The translations under genes were made by a program, and so were the position numbers. Below are positions 7,438 through 13,731 of a stretch of DNA of 13,731 nt, one piece after another (positions within the stretch are counted from its first letter, which is position 1; every line of letters starts with the position of its first letter). The stretch lies in contig BBVC01000018.1 of NCBI GenBank assembly GCA_001192655.1, positions 1 to 13,731 of the forward strand. The letters are read 5' to 3'. The stretch comes from Caedimonas varicaedens. GTDB lineage: Bacteria > Pseudomonadota > Alphaproteobacteria > Caedimonadales > Caedimonadaceae. The notes below the pieces were generated by a model, which was not told the DNA's origin, did no database searches, and saw nothing but the letters and a program-made list of their open reading frames with translations.

Positions 7438-8436
7438 TTATACTCCAAAAGGTTCTGTCTTAAGGGGACGCGAAAGCAACAATTTTATTTCCTCATCAAT
7501 CGGACTTTCCTGATGAATAATTCTGTAAATGCTTTTTGCAATGGGGAGTTCTACATCCTTTGAGGCAGACAAATTCTGAACAGCTTTAGCGGTGAAAACA
7601 CCTTCTGTCAGAATAGACATATTTTGATCGTTAGGAATAAAACGGTCAAGTCTACCTATTTTTAAGCCAAAAGACATATTGCGCGATTGAGGAGAAGTAC
7701 AACTTAACACGATATCACCTACCCCTGAAAGCCCCATAAATGTTTCAAGCTGAGCTCCCATCGCCAGCCCCAGGTGTGCAATTTCCGATAATCCTCTTGT
7801 CATGAGAGAAGCACGCGCGCTTTCTCCAAGATTGCGAGCAGAAGAAATTCCTGCAGCAATCGCAATGACATTTTTAAGTGCTCCTCCCAACTCAACACCA
7901 ATCACGTCGCTGGAAGGATAAAGGCGAAAAGTGGGACAGGAGAGAGAACTGGCAAGCCATCGTGCTGTTGTAATTTCTTTTGTTGCTAAGGTAGCTGCTG
8001 TTGGCTGTCCTTCAGCCATATCCTGAGCAAAAGTGGGACCAGAAAGAACACCAATGCAATAGCCAGGTAAAATTTCAGCAATGACTTCACTCAGCAATTT
8101 GCTGGTCTCAAGCTCAATTCCCTTTGAACAAATGACAAGATAAGCGTCTTTGGGAATAATATTTTTAATGCTTTCCAAAAAAGAACGTAGATTTTGAGCA
8201 GGGCAGACAAGAAGGAGAATATGAGATTCAATAGCTTTTTCAATCGAATGTGTAATCGTAATCCCCGAGGGCAATACATGTCCCGCAAGGTATTTTTCAT
8301 TTTCCCGTGAAAGGAGCATTTTCTCTGCCTGTTGGGGGTCTCTGATCCACAAGGTTGTTATATTACCTGCTTTATAGCAGGTGAAAGCAAGCGCTGTTCC
8401 CCAGGCGCCTCCCCCCAAAATACTGACAGATGTCAT
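7438..8436 (-). CDS. gpsA: NAD(P)H-dependent glycerol-3-phosphate dehydrogenase (332 aa)
   Basis: N-terminal dinucleotide fold ILGGGAWGTALA. Conserved GALKNVIAIAAGI and RNMSFGLKIG strings. The start overlaps the tsaD stop (ATGA on the minus strand at 8433-8436). Confidence 0.95.
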   Translation of the reverse strand: MTSVSILGGGAWGTALAFTCYKAGNITTLWIRDPQQAEKMLLSRENEKYLAGHVLPSGITITHSIEKAIESHILLLVCPAQNLRSFLESIKNIIPKDAYLVICSKGIELETSKLLSEVIAEILPGYCIGVLSGPTFAQDMAEGQPTAATLATKEITTARWLASSLSCPTFRLYPSSDVIGVELGGALKNVIAIAAGISSARNLGESARASLMTRGLSEIAHLGLAMGAQLETFMGLSGVGDIVLSCTSPQSRNMSFGLKIGRLDRFIPNDQNMSILTEGVFTAKAVQNLSASKDVELPIAKSIYRIIHQESPIDEEIKLLLSRPLKTEPFGV

Positions 8437-9479
8437 TTCGAAATTCTTTCAAGTTCAGACAGGGGCCATCGCGGCCGTGGTACAAAAGATAATGAATCTA
8501 TCTGATTTAAGCGCATTTTTTCTATTCCTCCCCACGCAATCATCGCTGCATTATCTGTACATAAATTTAGGGGCGGCGCAACAAATTTCATGTTTTGTGA
8601 CATTGCTGTTTTTTCAAGTAGTTGGCGCAGATATTCATTGGCTGCAACTCCCCCTGCAACAACAAAATGTGTCAGGTTGATATTTCTTTCCTGGCACTTT
8701 TTCATGGCATTAAGCGTGCGGTTTGCCAGGATCTCCCCAACAGCATATTGAAAACTTGCCGCACAATCAGCGCGTGTTTTTTCTGTCAAATCTCCCAGTT
8801 TTTCTATGGTTTGTCTAACAGCGGTTTTTAACCCTGAAAAAGAAAAAGAGCACGAAAATTCCGGTTCTTTTTTATGAAAAAGAGGTCGGGGAAATTGAAA
8901 TTTCAAAGGGTCTCCCTGTTTTGCAAGTTTTTCAATCTGAGGACCTCCCGGATAAGGAACCCCCAGAAGTTTGGCTGTCTTGTCAAAAGCTTCCCCTGCA
9001 GCATCATCCATCGTTTCGCCCAGAATATCATAATCAAGGGGAGATTGTACGATCATCAATTGACAGTGTCCACCAGAGACAAGAAGCAAAAGATAAGGGA
9101 AAACGATATCATGGGTTAATCGAGCTGTCAGGGCATGTCCTGCCAAGTGATTAACGGCAATAAAAGGGATATTTTTGGCAAGAGCAATAGTCTTAGCTGT
9201 CGTCACGCCCACAATGACGCCGCCAATCAGCCCAGGGCCACCCGTCGCTGCAACGGCATCAATTTTATCCAATGTTATGTCAGCTTCTTTCAAGGCATGA
9301 CGAATCACAGAATCCAGCTGATCAAGGTGAGATCGTGCGGCAACTTCAGGAACAACACCTCCACATACAATATGCTGATCAAGTTGTGTCAGCAAAACAT
9401 TAGACAAGATTTCCCGCCGGTCAGAGACAATGGCGGCAGATGTTTCATCACAACTGGTTTCAATTCCAAGAATAAGCAT
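8433..9479 (-). CDS. tsaD: tRNA N6-adenosine threonylcarbamoyltransferase TsaD (Gcp/Kae1 family, 348 aa)
   Basis: LGIETSCDETSAAIV N-terminus. AVNHLAGH metal-binding histidines. GGPGLIGGVIVG and VAGGVAANEYLR strings are typical of TsaD. Confidence 0.95.
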   Translation of the reverse strand: MLILGIETSCDETSAAIVSDRREILSNVLLTQLDQHIVCGGVVPEVAARSHLDQLDSVIRHALKEADITLDKIDAVAATGGPGLIGGVIVGVTTAKTIALAKNIPFIAVNHLAGHALTARLTHDIVFPYLLLLVSGGHCQLMIVQSPLDYDILGETMDDAAGEAFDKTAKLLGVPYPGGPQIEKLAKQGDPLKFQFPRPLFHKKEPEFSCSFSFSGLKTAVRQTIEKLGDLTEKTRADCAASFQYAVGEILANRTLNAMKKCQERNINLTHFVVAGGVAANEYLRQLLEKTAMSQNMKFVAPPLNLCTDNAAMIAWGGIEKMRLNQIDSLSFVPRPRWPLSELERISK

Positions 9480-9553
9480 GATCTTTAAAGTGTTATTACC
9501 ACTACAAATATGTTTATATGGTGTTATAGCATTTCATTGTTAAAGCTCAAGTT
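9480..9553. promoter_or_regulatory. 74-bp divergent intergenic region, presumed to carry the promoters of the tsaD-gpsA-EVE and hemC-operon transcripts
   Basis: This is the only non-coding DNA between the two divergently transcribed operons. It is AT-rich with several TATA-like hexamers (TTATAT, TATAGC) and a GTGTTAT direct repeat (9490-9496 and 9521-9527). I could not identify a confident -35/-10 pair. Confidence 0.35.
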
Positions 9554-10474
9554 ATGAATAGAGAAAAAATAATAAGACTGGGGACACGCGGAAGTATCCT
9601 CGCATTGGCGCAAGCAAAAATAGTAGAAGAGCAGATTATAAAGACTGATCCTGACATCACAGTAGAACTCAGGATCATTAAGACATCCGGAGATAAAATT
9701 ACAGATCGTCCCTTACAAGAATTTGGCGGAAAAGCCTTATTTGTAAAGGAATTGGAAGAAGCATTACATCGCAGGGAAATTGATCTTGCGGTTCATTCCA
9801 TGAAAGATATGGAAATGCCTTTGCCTGATGGCCTTATCATAGCCTGTGTTCTTGAGCGGGAAGACCCGCGAGATGTCTGGATTTCGCGCGATGAAAAAAA
9901 ACTTTTGGAAATTCATGAAAAGGCACGAGTCGGGACATGTTCTCCTCGCAGGGCAGCCCAGATTCTTTCGTTGCGTCCTGATCTGGAAATTGTTCCCTTA
10001 AGGGGAAATATTGATACACGACTTCAAAAATTGGCCCTTGGTGCGTGTGATGCTACATTATTGGCCTATGCTGGACTTAAAAGGATCCATTACACAGAAG
10101 TGATAACAGAAATCCTTGATCCACAAATCATGATTCCTGCAGTAGCCCAAGGCATTATTGGTATAGAAGTGCGAGAAGAAGATACAGAACTTCAAAAAAT
10201 ATTAAAAACCCTTAATCATCAAGAAACAGAAAAACAAATTCATGTAGAGTCTCAACTTTTACAGGGGTTTGGGGGAGACTGCACGACGCCTGTGGCAGGA
10301 TGGTCTTACATGGATGCCACAGGTGATGTCATGTCTCTTCATGGAGTGGTCGCCTTACCAACCGGTCGTAAAAAATTGAAAAAATCGTTGCAGGGTAATT
10401 TCCAATGGCTTTCTTCAGAGGCCTATAAACTGGGTCAGGAATTTCAGGCATGGTACATGATGCACAGGGAATAA
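9554..10474 (+). CDS. hemC: Hydroxymethylbilane synthase (porphobilinogen deaminase, 306 aa)
   Basis: RLGTRGSILALAQA, HSMKDM, RGNIDTRLQKL and the cofactor-Cys motif GGDCTTPVAG are all present. Confidence 0.95.
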   Translation: MNREKIIRLGTRGSILALAQAKIVEEQIIKTDPDITVELRIIKTSGDKITDRPLQEFGGKALFVKELEEALHRREIDLAVHSMKDMEMPLPDGLIIACVLEREDPRDVWISRDEKKLLEIHEKARVGTCSPRRAAQILSLRPDLEIVPLRGNIDTRLQKLALGACDATLLAYAGLKRIHYTEVITEILDPQIMIPAVAQGIIGIEVREEDTELQKILKTLNHQETEKQIHVESQLLQGFGGDCTTPVAGWSYMDATGDVMSLHGVVALPTGRKKLKKSLQGNFQWLSSEAYKLGQEFQAWYMMHRE

Positions 10475-11202
10475 CAATTTTAATTACGCGCCCCTTGAAT
10501 GAAGCGCAGGAAATCATGCGTGCACTTGTTCAACGGGGTTTTAACATCATTGTTGATCCCTTGTTGCAGATTATTCCTGTTGATTGTCCGCCGCTGAATC
10601 TTAAAAATGTTCAAGCTTTGGTTGCAACAAGCATCAATGGCATTCGTCGCCTTGCTCAACTTACCCCCTATCGTCATATTCCTTTGTATGTGACAGGAGA
10701 AGTTTCTGCCCATGAAGCCCGTCAGGCAGGGTTTAACAGTATTTATGTTGCCCAGGGTTCTGTCGACTCACTCATTCACCTCATAAGAGAAAAATTGGAT
10801 TTTAAGGATGGAAAAATCCTTTATATATCGGGACAGGAGATCAGGGGAGATCTTGTTCAAATTCTTTCTTCACAAGGATACCCTGTGGAAAGAATAATCG
10901 TTTATAAGGCATTAGCATCCTCATCTCTTAAGTCGGAAACCCAGGAAGCAATGATTACCGGACGCCTGAGTGGGGTTTTATTTTTTTCTCCCCGAACAGC
11001 TGAAATTTTTGTTACCCTGACAAAGGTATATGCTAAGGCTTTTGAGCGGATGATCGCCGTGTGTATGAGCACAGAAATCTCAAAACCTCTGGAAGCGTAT
11101 ACATGGAAGACAATCCTGATTCCTCAGGAGAAATCAGGCAGAAGCATGATTGATAGACTTGAAAATTATTTTCAAACTCAACAAGGCGGAGAGATAGAAT
11201 GA
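10450..11202 (+). CDS. hemD: Uroporphyrinogen-III synthase (250 aa)
   Basis: ILITRP N-terminal motif, HEM4-like two-lobe length, and position directly after hemC. The start at 10450 overlaps hemC by 25 nt. It is the only in-frame ATG, but a non-ATG start a few codons downstream cannot be excluded. Confidence 0.85.
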   Translation: MVHDAQGITILITRPLNEAQEIMRALVQRGFNIIVDPLLQIIPVDCPPLNLKNVQALVATSINGIRRLAQLTPYRHIPLYVTGEVSAHEARQAGFNSIYVAQGSVDSLIHLIREKLDFKDGKILYISGQEIRGDLVQILSSQGYPVERIIVYKALASSSLKSETQEAMITGRLSGVLFFSPRTAEIFVTLTKVYAKAFERMIAVCMSTEISKPLEAYTWKTILIPQEKSGRSMIDRLENYFQTQQGGEIE

Positions 11203-12194
11203 AATCTTCAAAAACCCCCTCCAAATCATCCGGCAAAAATGATGTGACGAATGTACTAGAGGATTCTTCCTCATCAGAATCAAAAACAAAGTGTTTCAGT
11301 AAAAACCTAGTTCAATGTCGACAAAAAATATGGCTTGTTACTGGCGGAATTATTGTGATTGCCTTGCTTCTGGGATTGATTATCCAAAGTCTGCAAAAGA
11401 AAGGAAATTCAGAAGATACTGTTCTTGGGCAATCTTTAAAAGATTCTTCATTGCTTAGCGAATTTCAGAAAGAAACGACGTCATCACATAAATCAGAAAA
11501 TCATGAAAATTCGTTACGCCATGAATCGTTTTCCTCTTCTAATCTTCCTACTCTTGTCGCAAAAACGGGCAGTGAAACTATCCCTCCTTCGGGACAGGTA
11601 GATGGAGCGCTTGATGATAAAGTACGCATCCTTGAAGAACGTTTACTGGTGCTTGAGAAAATTCATGAGCGTGCGCCTCAGGTTTGGCAATCTTATCATA
11701 TGCTTCTTGTCGTTCTTTCAAGTGAAGAACCTTTTGAAAATGAGCTGAATGACTTTAAAAAACTGACCCTCCACAATTTAAAAATAACCAAAGCTGTTGA
11801 GAGTCTAGAACCTTATGCCAAATCAGGTATTCCCACTTTTGAAAAATTGATAAAAAGTTTTGGAGAGGTTAAAGGAGAGATTTTTTCTGCTTACGCCCAA
11901 AACCTTTCTTGGTGGGAAAAGGCTAAATTACACTTGAAAAATCTGATAGATATCAGGCGCACAGATGGAAAACAGGAAGAACTTTCTTCTCCTGCCGAGA
12001 TTGTACAACAGGCGATTCAAGGTTTGAGCCAAAAAAAGCTTGAGCAGGCAATTTTCCTTCTTTCTTCTCTGAAACGCGATAATACGCCTATATTGAATGC
12101 CTGGTTGACTCATGCACAAGCAATACAAGAAATGAGTAAGGCACGTTATTTGCTTAAAAACCAGATCTTTCTTGAAATGATCTCGCCGCAATGA
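11199..12194 (+). CDS. Mitofilin/Mic60-like (HemX-position) single-pass membrane protein, 331 aa
   Basis: The start overlaps the hemD stop (ATGA at 11199-11202), with a GGAGAG SD. Ser/Lys-rich N-terminus. One TM helix (IWLVTGGIIVIALLLGLIIQSL). Heptad-like segment VRILEERLLVLEKIHE. The C-terminus (AEIVQQAIQGLSQKKLEQAIFLLSSLKRDNTPILNAWLTHAQAIQEMSKARYLL) fits the mitofilin C-terminal pattern (A..L..G.L..A...L..L......W...A......A...L). Synteny is hemC-hemD-X-hemY. Confidence 0.7.
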   Translation: MKSSKTPSKSSGKNDVTNVLEDSSSSESKTKCFSKNLVQCRQKIWLVTGGIIVIALLLGLIIQSLQKKGNSEDTVLGQSLKDSSLLSEFQKETTSSHKSENHENSLRHESFSSSNLPTLVAKTGSETIPPSGQVDGALDDKVRILEERLLVLEKIHERAPQVWQSYHMLLVVLSSEEPFENELNDFKKLTLHNLKITKAVESLEPYAKSGIPTFEKLIKSFGEVKGEIFSAYAQNLSWWEKAKLHLKNLIDIRRTDGKQEELSSPAEIVQQAIQGLSQKKLEQAIFLLSSLKRDNTPILNAWLTHAQAIQEMSKARYLLKNQIFLEMISPQ

Positions 12195-12229
12195 AGAGAT
12201 TGTCACAATCATTGCCTAAGAGGTTGTAA

Positions 12230-13393
12230 ATGTTTCGGATTATCTTTTTTATCCTTCAAGCTGTTTTGGCAGGATTTGTCGTTCTTTGGCTTGTTAGACA
12301 TCCTGGTATGATTGACATTGACTGGTTGGATTATCATCTTGAAATGCCTATCGCCTTATTTTTAGGAGCCGCTTTTCTGGTATTTCTGACAAGTCTTTTC
12401 CTCTTTAAAATATTAAGATTTATATGGCTTATTCCAGGAAAATTTCGTGATCGGTATAACCTGTATGATCGAAAAAAAGCACATGTAAATTTAATGGCGG
12501 CAATCTCAGCTTACGAAAATGAAAATCTGGAGCGTGCTTACGAATTATTAAACCCCGCCCTGCAAAATTTGGAAACTAAACCGATCGCTACATTTTTTGC
12601 ATCTCTCATCGCTCAAAAGCAAGGAAAGGTTTCAGAAGTACAGATGTATTTGACCGAGCTTACCAGACTTTCCGGGGGAGAATCACTGGGCTATCAGAGA
12701 CTTATTGCCCAAGAGCACGAGAAGGGAAAAAATCATAATGCAGCGGACTATGCACGTCAGGCTTTGCCTTATATAGCGTATGCTCCCAAATTGGGAAATG
12801 TCATTTTTGATACTTTTTTATCGTGTGGTTTGTTGGAAGACGCAGAGCAGGCATTCCAGAAAATTGCCCATTGTAAGCTCTTGCCCAAAGAAAAACTGAT
12901 GCGTCTTGGAAGCAAGTTGGCTTCTGCTAAATCTCAGGCTGCTTTGGACTTACAGAAATTTCAGTGCGCCCTTCAGGAAGCCAGAAAAGCTTATGATATA
13001 TGTCCTGAACTGGAACAAGCCTTGCTGTACGCTCGTTTAATGATTCTCCAGAACCAATCCAGACAAGCTCGAAAATTGCTTGAAAAAACCTGGAAGGAAA
13101 CACCCGACCCAAAAATTATAGACTTATATTTTACAACATATGATGTTTTGGATTCCTTCGCGAAATACCAAATGGTTGAGAAACTTGTACAGGAAAATTC
13201 TTCTCATCCCACAAGTTTACTGGCGCGTGCCCGTGCGGCCATGACCGCTGAGCTATGGGGAGTGGCACGAAGCCATCTTCAGGAATATCAGGGTCATTAT
13301 CCAGAAGACCACTGTTTCCTGACGCTGATGGCAGAGTACGAGCAACGTGCCAATCATGATACAGAAGCTGCGCTCAGATGGTTAACGAAATAA
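12230..13393 (+). CDS. HemY N-terminal domain / TPR-like membrane protein (387 aa)
   Basis: AAGAGG SD 7 nt upstream. Two N-terminal TM helices flank GMIDIDWLDYHLEMP, followed by the basic stretch PGKFRDRYNLYDRKKA (HemY_N layout). A helical-repeat (TPR-like) C-terminal region follows. The position after hemC-hemD-X matches hemY of hemCDXY-type clusters. Confidence 0.85.
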   Translation: MFRIIFFILQAVLAGFVVLWLVRHPGMIDIDWLDYHLEMPIALFLGAAFLVFLTSLFLFKILRFIWLIPGKFRDRYNLYDRKKAHVNLMAAISAYENENLERAYELLNPALQNLETKPIATFFASLIAQKQGKVSEVQMYLTELTRLSGGESLGYQRLIAQEHEKGKNHNAADYARQALPYIAYAPKLGNVIFDTFLSCGLLEDAEQAFQKIAHCKLLPKEKLMRLGSKLASAKSQAALDLQKFQCALQEARKAYDICPELEQALLYARLMILQNQSRQARKLLEKTWKETPDPKIIDLYFTTYDVLDSFAKYQMVEKLVQENSSHPTSLLARARAAMTAELWGVARSHLQEYQGHYPEDHCFLTLMAEYEQRANHDTEAALRWLTK

Positions 13394-13415
13394 TTAAGTC
13401 TGGAAATAACGATTA

Positions 13416-13673
13416 ATGCGCTTATTCGGTAAATTTGAAATAGAACTTCCTCCGAAAAAAGAGAATGTTGAGAACGGCGGTACTCCAGTATTTCAGCTTT
13501 CTTCATCGGGAATTAAGGATGTTGAAGCCATGCCCAAAAAACAGCGAATTGGTTGGGAATGGCGTTCCTTTTGGCCGGAAAACTGTTCACCAATTCCTGT
13601 TCACCTGGTGCCTTTCTCTATTTCGTCTCTGAATGATTTTGAAAACATCACTTTTCAGGATACCTATAGCTAA
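13416..13673 (+). CDS. Hypothetical protein (85 aa), no family recognised
   Basis: The ORF starts 22 nt after the HemY-like stop on the same strand. The SD is weak. The sequence is Trp-rich (IGWEWRSFWPE) and I recognise no motif. Coding status is uncertain. Confidence 0.3.
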   Translation: MRLFGKFEIELPPKKENVENGGTPVFQLSSSGIKDVEAMPKKQRIGWEWRSFWPENCSPIPVHLVPFSISSLNDFENITFQDTYS

Positions 13674-13731
13674 CAACATATAAAACGGTCATATTTTATT
13701 ATTCTGAAATAATTGCTCGATAGAACACCTT

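Noticed and set aside
7160-9488. Plus-strand ORFs 7160-7513, 8381-8680, 8622-8831, 8874-9119, 8921-9154 and 9135-9488, and minus-strand ORF 8091-8300
   Set aside because: All are out-of-frame or antisense overlaps of EVE, gpsA or tsaD. They have odd compositions and no motifs.
9837-13112. Minus-strand ORFs inside hemC, hemD, the Mic60-like gene and the HemY-like gene (9837-10019, 10329-10517, 10480-10713, 11033-11236, 11928-12212, 12927-13112)
   Set aside because: These are antisense shadows of genes supported by motifs, synteny and translational coupling.
1-13731. CRISPR arrays, toxin-antitoxin pairs, restriction-modification or other defence cassettes, transposase/IS ends, long tandem repeats
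   Set aside because: There are no regularly spaced repeats, no small paired ORFs with TA-like features, and no nuclease, methylase, ATPase or transposase motifs in any long ORF. Apart from the integrase edge, the window reads as housekeeping genes.

Overview
This window looks like mostly core chromosome from a moderately AT-rich alphaproteobacterium. That assignment is an inference from three things: mitochondrial-type NuoG/H/I sequences, a divergent tsaD/hemC pair, and a hemC-hemD-mitofilin-like-HemY-like block. Layout, left to right:

- (1) A P4/DUF4102-type tyrosine integrase on the minus strand (1-976). It runs off the left edge, so it is absent from the ORF track; I translated it by hand.
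- (2) A 384-bp AT-rich spacer with short repeats, a tRNA-Met-like fragment and a near-consensus sigma70-type promoter.
- (3) nuoG-nuoH-nuoI as an isolated three-gene block. There is no nuoF upstream and no nuoJ downstream.
- (4) A convergent, membrane-anchored CapD/WbpM/PglF-type sugar dehydratase gene.
- (5) A tightly packed minus-strand operon, tsaD-gpsA-EVE.
- (6) A plus-strand operon of hemC, hemD, a Mic60/mitofilin-like membrane protein and a HemY_N/TPR protein, followed by an 85-aa orphan ORF.

I see no CRISPR array, intact RNA gene, toxin-antitoxin pair or recognisable defence cassette, and no convincing novel multi-gene system. The parts most worth a second look are:

- the integrase-proximal repeat and tRNA-like region, which is a probable island border with its cargo off-window;
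- the fragmented nuo operon;
- the EVE (modified-base reader) gene coupled to tsaD;
- the Mic60-like/HemY-like pair.

All family assignments come from motif recognition by eye and need HMM or BLAST confirmation.
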